From positions 750,754 to 814,753 of the forward strand of contig JAAOMT010000040.1 of the NCBI GenBank assembly GCA_016748015.1: a stretch of 64,000 nt of DNA, read 5' to 3'. The translations under genes were made by a program, and so were the position numbers. Positions 38,294-52,012 of the stretch are shown one piece after another. Origin of the DNA: Geosiphon pyriformis uo1 (lineage: Eukaryota; Fungi; Glomeromycota). How positions within the stretch are numbered: the stretch's first letter is position 1; each line of letters begins with the position of its first letter. The notes below the pieces were generated by a model that saw nothing but the letters and a program-made list of their open reading frames with translations, searched no databases and had not been told where the DNA came from.

Positions 38294-41200
38294 TTTTTAG
38301 GATCGAAGGCAAAGGACAAAGAATAATATTAAAAATAATTTTAATTATAATCTAAATAAATCTTTTACTCTAAAGATTATTGAGTTTTTTAATAAATATT
38401 TTTCTAAAAAAAACTCATAATGTTTTCAATTTCTAGTATTCGATATTAAAATAGGTATAAAAATGAGTGCTTTAAGGCGAATTCTTAAAAGTCCCATTCG
38501 AAAAATCTTTACAAAATCAGTTGAGGCGAGAGTAGGTTGTACAATTTGACAAAAAAGTGAATCAAGGTAACTCAATTTTCATTGTTCTATTGCGCCTTTA
38601 TTCTATAACAAACAAGGCATCAAAATCTTCTGTGGTTTACTATTTTTATTATTACCCGGAACGGGAGTTTCATTCGTTTACCATTTTGATTGCCGGTCTC
38701 TAAGAAAGCCAAAATTTCAAAACTTGATATGCGTTTCTTCTTTCGCCATAAATTTTCATCCCCTTCATAGATAGAAGAAATAATGCTTGTTTCATTGAAG
38801 ATTTTCCATTGCTCGAATTGACTAAAAGAAAATATTAAATGCTAGAAACTGGTTCAAAATTAATTGATTGATGCAGAGTGTTTTAATATTTATGCATATT
38901 TTCTTTGAAAACAATTCGGAAAAACTCAACGTTTCAATTTTTTTGAGGTTTGGTAATACAAATTGAATTTTCTGTCCCCTTTAAATTGGCTAGGTTTAGT
39001 GAATTGTTCTTCCTAATTAATGATTACAAAACTCTTTTTATTGGAAAATCACATCTTTTGTTTTTAATATTAATTAAGGCTAACTTAAAAACTTCACAAG
39101 TTTCAAAAATTAAATATCTCTCTAAATAGACTTTGAATTTATACAATATTTTACATTGTATTTTTCAGTAAATATTTACAGATTTAGAAAACTAGGTAGA
39201 GTTTCTAAAAATAGAATGACACTTTTGTTCAATAGGTCAACACAGAGTTAGATCATTTATGTGATTGGTATTACAATTTTAATATTCTTAAAAAAGGAGA
39301 GATTTAAGCTGCAAAATTTATATACAATTCAATGAATTCATTTTTGCAGCTGAACAGATATGGAATTAGAATGCTTCCGAAGTCCTTTTAAACATAATAA
39401 AATGTTTGATGAAATTATCGAAATTCAATTTTTAAAATTTGTAATTATATATGGTACCTAAATCTGGGAATTGAGGTAATCCGTTTGTTTAGATTGATAT
39501 TGAGGCCAAACCTGGTTTGAATATGTATATCGGCATGAAATTTTAAAAGATTAAGTTTAAAAGACTGCCTTATTTTTCTTTAGTATTTAACTAATACCCT
39601 TTTAAAAATCACACTATACAGATTTCAAAGAAATTCTCCATTTTACAATTATTGATTTTTCCCAATTGTATAATATTTTTAAAGTAAACTTTTCATGATT
39701 ACAATGCATTCTTAATTTAAATGGATTTTATTTGAAGGCTTAAGTTTCTTCAATAATCAAGCTGTTAAAAGAAAAGGCAAGTGCATGTGTTAAGTTAAAA
39801 AACTCTTGATTTAATACAAATATTTTTATATCAGATTCCAAATTATTTGAAAAATTATCTTTGGTATTTACAATTTAATCTTTTAAAAGCTTCTGTTTAA
39901 GATTTTGAATTAAATGTGAAAATTTTGACAATTTTTTTTTAAAATCGTATTTGAAAAATCTTTTTTCAATTTCCATTTTTCTAAAAAACTTTTTGAAATT
40001 CAAAAATTCAAAAATCTGCAGAATAAATATAACCTTTTTATTCATGAATTTTTGTTAAATACTCAAATTTTTAATAGTCTTCAAGTCACAAATATATTTC
40101 TTTTTTTAACCTATCAAATCAAAAAACTAAAAATATCTATCAAAATAAATATTTTTATAGTTTATGAATTATAAACTGTTTATCTTTCATAAAAGGAATC
40201 AACAAACTACAATGAAAGTGCTTTTTTAGGAAATAATGATGGTCAACTTTTAGTATTACAAGATTTTACATGATATTCCTCATACAGTATTAAATGTATT
40301 AGCTATAGTTGAATCCTTTGGATAATCAGTGAAAACTCTAAAGGCTTTCAAAACTTCTTTTGACTATACATGTATTACTGTTCTAGGATCTAATGTCATT
40401 TTCTATGAGCCAAAGCTTGAAACTAAATCAAAATGGTAAAATAAAGAGGATCCTGAAAGATTTTGGGGTGCATTACCAATTATTTCTTGGAATTCGAATT
40501 CGACCATGGATTTTGTTTGTACTGGAACACTATGAAATAAAAATAAAAATTTTTCATTAAAAAATTCGGAATTTTCAACAACTCATTTGAAGTGGGTGGT
40601 TACAGAAAAAGCTATATAAGAATTGCATAAAACTTCAACCTGCATTAAGAATATGTATTGTAAAATCTAATTAATCAATACAGCCTTTTGTTTTCCAGAA
40701 CCAGGTCAAATTAATGTAAAGGTGCTCAAAGCGGTTGTTAAGTTGACATTTAAGAGATATTATTCAAATTTTTACTTATGAAGGAGTATTTCGCTCGAGA
40801 CTTTTCTTACCAAATTTGGTTGAAGCTGAATGGTTATATTTTTCTATTTGTCTTGTGCCAAGAGCTAAACTAAGTTTATTGTCTATCCATAGAAAAAGAA
40901 ATGGCTCAAAATTTTTTCGCAGAGAAACGCATTTTTTTAAATAAAAAAATTCTTTTAGTGACCTAACTTTACATGAAAAGTTCATGCTTGTTATGGTGCC
41001 TTAAATCTATAATTGATAATGACTTACAGCGAATCAAAGATTGGGCACTTGTATCCCGATAAAACCACTAAAACAACTATCATTTACTCGTTAACTAAGC
41101 TAAATTATAATAAATATTTCCGAGATTTAGATTCTTTGTTTTAATTAATTTTTTTGTTTTATATTTTAAGGAATGCAGTCTGTAGTCTATTAAGAGATAA

Positions 41201-42554
41201 TCGAACGCGAAAGCTCATTTTCACCCTCATTTTTGGAACTAAATTTGAAGCTTTAATTTCTTTCATGCAAAATCAGTGTTATAAATAATGTCTGACTCTC
41301 CCTTTTTTTTGTATCTCGTTAAATCTAAAATTTATTGCATGAGATCTTTGAAAGTATAAAAAGCGAATAGAAAACTGATTTTAAAAATACAAAATTTTAG
41401 GTTTTGTGCATATAGGTAAATGGGAAATTTTGAAATTATGCTTAAAAGAAATGCATTCTAATTGGGATTTCATAAGTAGTTAAAATAAGAACTTTAGAAT
41501 AATTTTCAATTTTATTTAAGAATAAATATATCTTTTCTCATGTTTGAAATATAAGAAAAGTTTTAATTATTATCAGTATATCAATTCTTTATTTATTCAA
41601 CTTTAAATTTGAAAAAATTATTTTTAAATATATATTATTCTTTAGTTACAAGATTGTGAAATAAATAAAAAGAGTTGAACATAAACCATTTGAATTATCT
41701 TTTTTTTTGTACCTTTCAGCATCAATACATAAAGAGTTCTTCACAATGAATTCGAATGGAAACACAAAATGATTTAATCCGAGCATTTGCGTTTGGATTA
41801 AAAAATCGTTGAAAAATAATTTTAACTAAGATACACCTTCTTTGGATATGTCTAAGAGTAAAAACAAAATATGTAAAATAAAAATTAAACATGTCGCTTG
41901 GACTATCACAATGCACAGTCGGATGGTTCATCATCAATAGTTAGATTTACATCTTAATAGTTAGAAATAATTGAATTAAAATCATGCAAAATCATTTAAA
42001 ATGCACCTTATAAAATACTGAAAGTATACCCTTTAAAGTAAAACATCAATGATTAGGTTAAAGCAAAGTATATCGTTTTTTTTTTGGGATCTTGAAAATC
42101 TTTTTTTAATATTATTTAAAATGTTATTTTTGTCATTGAAACTCAATATTCAGATTCATTTTTAAAGCTTTTAAAGAAGTTTAAATTAATTTTGTATTAA
42201 AAAATATACATGTTAATATAAAAAAATAAATTTATTAAAATTGACATTATTTTAAAAAAAATTATGTTGATTTAATTAATAAATAAATAAAATTTGTTTA
42301 ATACAATTGAAAAAACATATTTCAATTCATAATTTTTAATTAACATAATTTTTCATGTTTATTATGGTTATAAGCGATTTATCTAATATTTTGGAATTAT
42401 TGTTATTAATATTCAATATTTTTTACATAAACTAAATTGTAAGTATTTATCAATTTCAAAGATTAATTGAGTATTCATATATAAATTTTCTATAAATGTG
42501 TAATAAAAATATCAAAGTATAACTAATGGTGACTAATCACAAACCCAATAATCG

Positions 42555-44663
42555 TCAGGGTAATTGAGAAATTACCTTCAATACTTCCCGCATCTTATCT
42601 TTATTCACCATCTTTTTAAGCTCAAACTGTTGAATTAATTTATTTTTGTGTAATTGGTTTTTCACCTGCACCTGATTCATCGCCTTTCCGGCTTCATATT
42701 TTGCTTTATTAATTTCGACCTGATCTATTTGCTGTTTTTGCATCCCAGTTTGAATATTTTGAAATTTACTTGACAATAATTCTTCGCTTTTCTGCATTTC
42801 AAGAGTGGCAAAGTGCGTGCGAATATCGAGATCTTGTTCGAGACCTTTGGCACGAAGAATTTCGAGTTCGTAAGAAGTGACCGTGAGAAGGTGTTCAGCA
42901 ACAGACCAAGGGATAGAACCTTGGTTTAATAGTTGAAGAATAATGTCTTGGTAGTTTACAGCTTTGTATTTTTCAAGAACTCTTACGGCTTCTGGCCCTG
43001 GGATGGTTTTACAGACAAAGTCAAATTCGAAGTCATCCAAGTTTTTGCCAAAAAGGGTTTCGTTCTTAATCATGTGGAAAATATGAGCTATTAGCACTAG
43101 ATATTTTCCTATAATATAGAAGTTGTTATGTCACGTATTTATTAAAATCTTAACTTACCATGTTCGGAGACTTCTTTAATAAATATTTTGCCCAAGCAGA
43201 TTGTGCTATGTTCTCATTATATTGCAACAAAGCATTCGAGTTTTTTTGATAAAATTGATCTTTTGCTATAACAATCTTAACGCAAAATTCGTCCTCTAAT
43301 TCTCTAATATAACTTGCCGTCCCGAGAACTTTTCCCAAAAATTTTTTTTGTGCCAACGAAAAAGATTCTAGATGAACGTCACTAAAAATTTCCCACTTTA
43401 AAGGTTGAAGATATTTCTCCATTTCCTCGTTATAAATTCGGATTCCTTCTTCGATTGCTTTTTGTCCAACAAACCGTGCTACAGATTCGTATTCACTCGG
43501 AATAGACAAAGAGGCATTGTTACCAGGCTCATTCATGCGATTCACGCATTCTTCAAGAAATCTTGTCCATGCTTGGCCAGTCATATCGGAGCCACCAATA
43601 TATTTTGGACATAGGCTATTTAGAATCCCAGAAACAGCGTTACATATATCGTTTATAAAAGGTTCATCGAATTGATTAGAGTTGACATATTGGAGATTTT
43701 GAAGCTGTTGGCCATGTACACCTGGGTGCTATATTGGGTGGCATTAAAAATGTATTTATGTCAGTGAATTTCAGTTTATTCATTTGCACATTTAAATATT
43801 ATTTTAAATTTATCTACCGCTATTGGGTAAACCAAGAATTCCCCAAAATACTTCTGGATTCCATGAGCAGCTGTAAAACCACAGAAATAAACATTCTAAG
43901 AAATTGGTAAGAGAATCTCTTCATATACAGAACTATTCGTTAAATTATTACCTTCAAAGTTAACTTTGGATAATTGACTGAGAAAATATTCCCGAAAATT
44001 AGAAGGTCGTTGCAACTCAAAATCTCGTAAAAGCAACACCAATTTTGGCAAGAATTGACAATCATTTGGTGTTTGAATATATTTTGTCAAATCTTTCATG
44101 AGAAACAATTTTTCAATATCATTCCGTTCAATAACTCCATTGATGTTATAAATAAATGCCGAGGATATTGCCAGACAAAAAACGAATAATTTAATAGCCC
44201 ATTCGTGGTCTTGCTCTGGATCATTAATGCCCTCACAGTCAAGAATAATTACTCGTTTTCCGTCAACAAGAAAGGGAGTATCCCACATATCAATTCCCCG
44301 TGTGCAGCCATGTACTTGGGATCCGAGATCGAAGCCGTCATGACGTCCCAATAAGAGGTTTGCGAAAAAGGATTTCCCACGGCGAAATGCTCCGGCTTCG
44401 CAGATATTAAGTAAAAATATTAATGGGTTTCATTTTGTCTCAAATCAATTATAACTTTTAAAGAAATATCAAAAAAATACATGCGACTTACCTACAGTGA
44501 TAATAGCAACAGGCTCTTGTATATTTTCAATAATATTTAGAGTATGGCGATTCAATTGCATAGTTCCCAATTCTCCATTGTATCCTTTGAGAAAAGTCAT
44601 CAACTTTATCGGTGCTCCTTCTCGGAAAATCACTCCATTCCCAAATTTGTTTCTTGAATTCAT
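42555..44663 (-). CDS. guanylate-binding protein (GBP/atlastin-like, dynamin superfamily) GTPase with helical C-terminal region
   Basis: Spliced G1 VAGAFRRGKS, G2 CTRGIDMW, G3 LDCEG, G4 LLRDF, SSAFIYN; about 5 exons; coiled-coil tail. Confidence 0.9.
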
Positions 44664-45142
44664 TTTAACTTCAATTTCTGCTCGTTTCAACGTTTGGCTA
44701 GTCTATTTAATATCTAACAATTTTTTATGTCGTCATAGAAGATAACCGCAGTTCAACGTATTTATTAAGAGGATGAAAAAGAAAGGAATAGGTTGTAACG
44801 ACAAAACCCTTGCACTAAGCATCCGTTTAATGTTTCGTAAATGAGTTTGCCAGTTTTAGATTTCGTGCTTTCCGGACTTAAGAGCCTCAGAAGCTGGCCG
44901 TTAAATACTCATATATGAGCAACGCCACGGGAAAAAAGGAGGCTGAAGAATCATTTAACATATCAAATAATCATGATGCAAGGAGCGTGTCACAATTATA
45001 CTGGTTCAAACAAGTTGTCAAATTGGTTAAATTGAGCTCCACACACTGAAAATCACTGTCAAACCTTTTTTACTTTTAAAATTTAAATTTTGGGATTGCA
45101 AAACCTCTATAACATCAGATCCAAAAAAAGAAGCTTGATGTG
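44664..45142. promoter_or_regulatory. short divergent (bidirectional) promoter region between GBP-like and rhomboid genes
   Basis: start codons about 480 bp apart, head-to-head. Confidence 0.5.
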
Positions 45143-46505
45143 ATGTCTTCAAATTCACCAGTCAGGCGCAACATTCCTTCCTTTTCGGTGGTCACCTCCA
45201 GTTTTAAGTCGTATATTGCTTCGTTACCGCTGTTGACAAGCATTGTTTCCGTAGTCTGCATATTGATTTACATCGTGGATGCGATACAAATTACTAAGCT
45301 CAATTTCTTCGATACACTGTCACTTTCACATGTAGCATTTTTCAATGGAGGAGGTATGATTTTTAAAATAATCATAATTGAAGATCTTTGATACTAAGAA
45401 CAAATATTTTACAAAATCTACTTGTTCATTACTTTATAAATTCTCAAGTATACAGAATCTTTACTTTCCCATATCCTCACAATTCTCTCGGGCATATTCT
45501 ATTCTGCTTACTTGCTTTCGTACCATTGAGTGCCACAATTGAACATAGACTTGGCACACTCGAATATTTATATGCTCTAATTACGGTGTTTACCTTATTA
45601 TCTGGATCTCTTTATCTAATTAGTAACTTCCTTTTCGGTTATAAAAATGTGGTGCTTGGTGGATTAAGCACGTGGATGTTTGGGGTTGTGGTCTGGGAGA
45701 GTCGAGAACTAGCTGGAAGAGAACGAGAGTATGTGCAAAAACAATTTCAGGAGCCTTCTCATCCAATTTTTCATTAACGATGCTCGAAAACTAAATGATT
45801 TTTTTTGCATCTCTACAAGCATTTTTGACCTTATTCGAGTACCGGCACATTTTTATCCACTCGTGCTATTGCTTTTGATGGAAATATTCTTTCCTCGGCA
45901 ATGGTTTGCTGGACACGTGTGTGGATTAATAGCAGGATCTCTTTGTAAGCATATGAATGATTGCGTCACCATGAAGTGATTTCTCTTACCTGTTGGGGAC
46001 TGTTTTAGATTCTTTTGGCTATTTGTCCCGATTGCTTCCATCATCGGAATTTTTCGCGCGCTTGGAGACAAAGTCGACAATACACTCGATATCAAAGATT
46101 CGAGGGTTTGTAAAGGCTGAAGAAGGTAGCAGGGGAGGATGGTGGTTACCGCTTTGGAATGATGATGTTCTCGAGGATGCAATTAATCCTCCTAATTTGG
46201 GTGGTAGCGTTGATGAAAGCCCTCGTGAGCCTGCTGCTGGGATGTATGTATAACTTTGGAGATTAATCACAAACCATTGGAATTATATTAATTTTCACTA
46301 TTAATATAGAAACCAAATTCCAGCTGCTTCCTCACCTCCAAGAGCTGGTACCTCGAATATATTTACAGTTGAACCTTCTTCAAACTCATCAAGTCCATCG
46401 ATTGGTTCACCAATTATTGAACCAGCTATAAGCAGAGAGCCTTCACTTATAAATTTATCGTCCACTACCCATCCCCTGACCACAAAAGAACTGCTTGATG
46501 AATGA
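45143..46505 (+). CDS. rhomboid-family intramembrane serine protease (Rbd2/RHBDD1-like), 5 exons
   Basis: QVYRIFT.PYPHNSLGHILFC, IEHRLGT, catalytic GGLST and FAGHVCGL, Ser/Pro-rich cytosolic tail. Confidence 0.85.
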
Positions 46506-47713
46506 TGGGTAAGATATTTATTTTTGAACTAAATTAAAAATACAACATCTTGTAAATGTTGCTGAAACCGGTGAAATGAAAATTTCTTCAGTTTAAGGTA
46601 ACTGAATCGAGCGCAAGTAATTTGAATCTACTTTGTCCCTTTTTAAATATTCTTTAAAAATAGCTGCCCAGGTTTCCTAATTGTTTAAAACTGTTTAATA
46701 CTCTCGTGTATAATAGATGCAATCACTTATTAACGTCATTCAGGAGAAAATATTTTACAACGTAACTTAACCTATACTCGATTTTACCTGGATCTGCGTT
46801 AAGATTTTTATTTTGTGTCATTACACGAGATAATGCATAGGCACACCTCAAGAATGGAATTTCAGAATATGACGCATGAGCAGAAAGATTTTGGTTTTTC
46901 ACTCGAGACTACATTATCGAAATCAGATGTATTCACAGAAAAATGGAATTTTCTATAATAGCTGCTGAGCTGACTGGTAGTTTGGGGCTGGCAAAGAACG
47001 AATTCGAAAGGCGGTATGGTATAAAATAGCCTGAATTAGAAACTGATGATTGTTTGATTTCAATACCATGATCCTAGAAGAAACACGATAGCCTTTTGAG
47101 TCCTTTTTTCTGTGAAAATTATATGTGAGAATATTCTATATACCTGACCTTGTCGTTAAGTGAAATAACAAGACCGAGAACTACACACGGTCTTTTCAAA
47201 GTGCAACTTTTTACGTGGCTTTTTCGGCTAAGGTTTCTCATTTATTTTATCACTTTCAATAAACACTGAGGAGTTTAAATCAAAACTCAAGCGTTAGTAG
47301 CTTTGGTTAAAAGGGAATTGAATATGAAATTTTAAAAGTAGATTCTTCAATGCTAAATTAACTTATTAATATAATATTGGTTTTTTTGTGAGTTTGTGAT
47401 ATATGCAAAATATATAAAATATGTACAACTGGTGAAGTTTTTCTTTTCATATTAAGTTTTCTGTCATTGGAAAGTAATGGTTTTTTTATGTATATTTAGC
47501 TAAGTATTCAAAATAATCCTTCAGATTAGCGAAAAAAATTTATTACTATAATAAAAATTGGCCTTCATACTTGAAAATGGAGTAGTGAATTAAAATAAAC
47601 ACGTTTTAAATCTCCTTAACTAAAAAAAATATCATAATTTTTATAGCTAAAAATTTTTTATAAACAACCAATTCTTCCTTCAAATTATTCTCTGTTTCAA
47701 ACCGTTTTATAGG

Positions 47714-50194
47714 TCAAATATCAGCATAATCTAGATCTGGAAAAACACGTTTAAATCAAAAATATTCTTCACCATTAAACATGATAAATGAAAATCTTAC
47801 CATTCATTGAGAATGTAGAGATTGAGATTGAGATTAATTGACTTTTATATCTTGTTGCATCATGTTGAGCATCTTTTATCCCTTCGGAATCAAGTCTTTT
47901 CTCACGGACGGGTTCATTTAAGTTACTGTTATAGCGAGCAGCAATAACTCTTTGTTGAAGTTCTTCTGCATTATCACGACAAGACGGATTATATTGCCAA
48001 TTTTTTTCAATTATTTCCTGAATACATTGAGGTGTATGTTTCTTGATTGTAGGACGCTTTCCCTTAATCACATCAAGTAGCACGTGAATAGGATCTATAT
48101 TATTCAAAGGTCTTTCTCCCGATATAATTTCACATGAAATGATAGCAAAGCTGTATATATCGCTATACTTAGTATGAGAACCCCCTTTGCAAATTTCGGG
48201 TGCAAGATACTCAAGAACACCATAAGTGTTTCCAGACTGTGTAGCGTCATCTGCAGGACGACAGAGTCCAAGATCAGAAATAGCAACTTTTAAGGGGTTT
48301 GTTTTCATAACAAGGATATATCCAGGATGCAAGTCCCCATGCACCAGTTTTGATTCATGTATAAATCTTAGGCCACCAGCGATTTGAAAAAGAATACGAA
48401 GAAACATGTCCCAAGTAAGAATATCTTCGTTTAACTTGAGAAAAGCTCTGAGGTCCCCGTGTTCCGCAAATGGTAAAACCATAACAAACCCATTGGTTGT
48501 AATATCTTTGGTTATTCCATAGCATTCAAGGATATATTTGCAAGATGCACTTGTAAGATGCGCAATAAACTATTTCAATGAATTTTTTGGTTTTAGAGGA
48601 TAAATAGAGACAATAAATATCACATAGATTACTTAAAAAGCAATACCTCATCTGAATTGATATATTCTATATTTTGGCTGTCTTTAATATATTTCAAAGC
48701 AACCTTTGTAACCCCAGTTCGTTCATACTTTTTAATTTTCTTGTCCCAAAATAGAATTCTGCCTCTCTTCCATATACCTTCTTTAACAATACCAAATCTT
48801 CCCGCTCCTACCTGATCTAAACATATAATCTCGTCGGGAGAAATCCATTCCAGGCAGCCTCTGCAGTTTTTCAGAATTACGCTGTGTATATAATATATAC
48901 TGATCAATATTATCATTTCCACTATTCCATGTTTGCCAAATCTTTGAAAACCGTGATGATTCACAAGATTCACACCAAAGTGGATCCTTTAATGCTTCAT
49001 AGCATTCTAGACATTTCGGCAATCCGACTTTAAGGATATCCTCACTTTTATCTGTATCACAAAAATGTACACATTGGAGATCCATTAATGATTATGCCCA
49101 AGTTGCCACATTTAAAGCACTTGAATTCATCTGAAAGCTGGTCAAAGAAAGCTTCAAAATCTAAAAATTCCCCTTTCAAATTATCTGGGTATTTAAAGCC
49201 TCGATTTTGAAATCGTAAAATGGTATATTCCAGATTTTCTTGATCCTCTAATGTAAGGTTATGAACATTTAAATCAGGAAAAGCATTTCGATAATAGAAG
49301 TTATTTGCTCCCACTGCTTTTAAATAGATTTCAAATGCTTTTTCTAGTTTTTTTGTGGTTCCCCATTCATTTTGATAACTGCCTCTTCTGTTTTCAAATA
49401 GAATTGAAATGTTTCTTCTAGATTTCTCACTATTTCCCATCCATTTCGATAATACGTTCCAATACTGGTTTGTGGGCTCGGATTCCCCACTTTTTCCTTG
49501 TCTTTAGTTGTTTCCAATCGATTTCGATTATATGCTCTAAGACCAATTTGTCCAAGTAAACTTCCTGCCTCTGCAGCTTTTGAATAAAGTTCAAATGCTT
49601 TTTCTGAATTTTACATCGTTCCTTCTCCATTATCATAACAAATTCCAAGATTATATTGTGCATTTAAATGTCCCGCGTCTGCTGCTTTTGAATAGAGTTT
49701 AAATGTTTTTTCTAAATTTTTTGTCGTTCCTTCGCCATTAGCATAAAAAAGGGCAAGATTGTATTGTGCATCTAAATGTCCCGCCTCTGCAGCTTTTGAA
49801 TAGAGTTCAAATGCTTGTTCTGAATCTTGAGAAGCACCGATTCCATTATCATAACAATAAGCTAAGAAAAATTGTCCAAAAGAATCTTCTGCATTCGCTG
49901 CTTTCTGAAATTCTAAAAAGCTTTTGTTAAATTAGGAATAGTTCCAATCCCATGTTCTAAAGAAAAGCCGAGCAAAATATAGTCTATCGAACGTTTCGAA
50001 CTTTTATTATTCAAGCAATTGAATAAGTCTTCAGGTGTTTTCTGATTGCGCACAAGATATTTTTTCATCAAGCTAGCAACTTTTGAATATTCATTAGCTG
50101 GGAAAATGGACAAATTTTCTTTGATAACAATCAATCCTCCTTCAAGCCAGTCGAGGGATGAAGTTGCGTCTTCAATTGATGAAGCTGAGGACAT
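47714..50194 (-). pseudogene. Sel1-repeat + Cys-rich linker + tyrosine-kinase-like kinase gene, disabled
   Basis: Sel1 units (AQYNLA.FY.NGEGT.KNLEK.F.LYSKAA), CxxC pairs, WNSGN..ID, GAGRFG, VALK, HGDLHPGY, DLG, YLAPE, DIYSF; frameshifts near 49915, ~49380, ~49060, ~48870 and an in-frame TAA near 49612. Confidence 0.85.
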
Positions 50195-51496
50195 AATTTG
50201 AATATTTTGTATCGTAAAGAAGGATTTCTAAGGAGTTCGTCTTGCTAATAAATAAGGTTTCAATTTATAATCAGATTCTCGAAGAAGCTAGATCTGAAAC
50301 GTTATTTAAAAAAGGTAGATATGAAAACAGAAGCTTAAAATCAATTAATTGCCGCATTTTCATGTTAATTTATTGAAGAGCAATTTCTAATTAATGCTTT
50401 AATTAAGTTGGTTTGTTCGACTCGTTGAAATGTAAGATAAAATTTACTCAAGGGGTAACCTATAATTCCTGTAAAAGTGATACACTTTTTTTTTGACCTC
50501 ATATTAAAAATAATTTTTAGAGGCGGCTGGATTATGCATTTTGAAATTAATTGAAACCAAGCAATCACCAATCAAAAGTTTTAAGTTTGATCTCTATTTG
50601 TTTAAGCAAGCGATTAGTTAAGACTAGGCTTTTTCTTTAATTAAGAAATCTATTCACAACATCAAAAATTGGTTCCTGCTGTATTATAAATTCTAATCTT
50701 ATATAATTTTCAAATATGTTTCACACTCATAAAAATTAGATTCTTCGGATTGCAATTTTAAGATCCTTGTGGTTAACATTTGATTTTTCCGTTGATAAAA
50801 TCTAGAATCAGACATAATTTTGAAAATATGGGTAAGACGAATTAGCAAGTTTTTCAGAAAATAATTAAATTGAATTATGTATTAGTTTTTACGAACAAAC
50901 ACTTTTCTTTTTTTCTTTTTTTTTTATTAAATCAAATATCCTGCAATCTTTGTAATCGAATAAAAAACCGATAAAAATGGCTATTATAGTCTTTTGTAGT
51001 TTGAGTTAGGAATATATTTAATTTCTTCCGAGACAATTTCTATTTGTTTAAGCAATCTCAATAAGTTTTCATAATCCCAAAGAAGTTTTCTTGCATCAAA
51101 TGGATTTTGTTTATTCTAAAATTTTTATGAATTGTTAAGCAGAAAATTTTGTAATGTAAAAGTAATTTATCAATGAATTCTTAAAAGCAGTTTCTACAGT
51201 AAACATCAATTAGTGTGTATTTTTCAACGCTCCTCGAAAATGGGCAATTGATTTTCATTTAAATTGGAAATGATAATAAGATAATGAGAAGCTTATTTAT
51301 TGTAATCTTTTACAGCTCGTCCTAGAAGTATTTTCAATTACTTTACAGACAATCTCAATTCGTTCAAGCAATCTTAATAGGGAATTTAACCTCATGAATT
51401 AAACGTTGATTTACAAGACTTTCTTTCACATTCTCGCTTTTAAGAATTACTCTTTTTGGAATTTTATTTAAAAAGATTATAGATTTAAATACACTA

Positions 51497-52012
51497 TGGT
51501 GCAAACCATTTATAGTCATCAAACAATTTATATAATTTTAAATTGTATCTAGTCTTCCAATTTTAATAATATTAAAAAACTAAACTGTAAATATGATAGA
51601 TTAAGTTCTTCTCTTTCACATTTACAGTTTAATTTTTTGAATTATATTATATTTTATAAAGCTATTAAAGTTTAAAATTAGCCACTTCTATTATTAATCT
51701 TTAATTTTCGGATGCCGATCAATCAGATTTTAGCCAATCAGCAATCATCAAGGTCACGTTACCACGTGATAATCATCAAAGTATTATCATTTTCAGAAAG
51801 ACTTTTAATTAATATTAATCTAATCTTTAAATGATTACTTTTTTATAAAGATATAATATCTCTCGGCCTGCGTATCTGGTAACACGGCACCATTAACAAT
51901 GAATATTTTATTTACACCACCACTATATTCAGTTGTTATTATTGGGACAAAAATCCAAATATCAATATTATTTATATTAAGTGTTAAAAGAATTGTAAAA
52001 GTACTATGAGTA
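51497..52012 (+). mobile_element. second, truncated copy of the Tc1/mariner left end
   Basis: TA|TGGTGCAAACCATTTATAGTCATC..., aligns to 17091-~17610, then interrupted by gypsy-like sequence. Confidence 0.9.

Noticed and set aside
39200-41100. Possible fourth kelch relic (GNAPQNLSGSSL-like fragment on minus strand)
   Set aside because: Too decayed to establish collinear motifs by eye
45853-46483. Minus-strand ORFs over the rhomboid gene; likewise antisense ORFs over lipases, GH20, kelch 2 and GBP
   Set aside because: Antisense shadows of real exons
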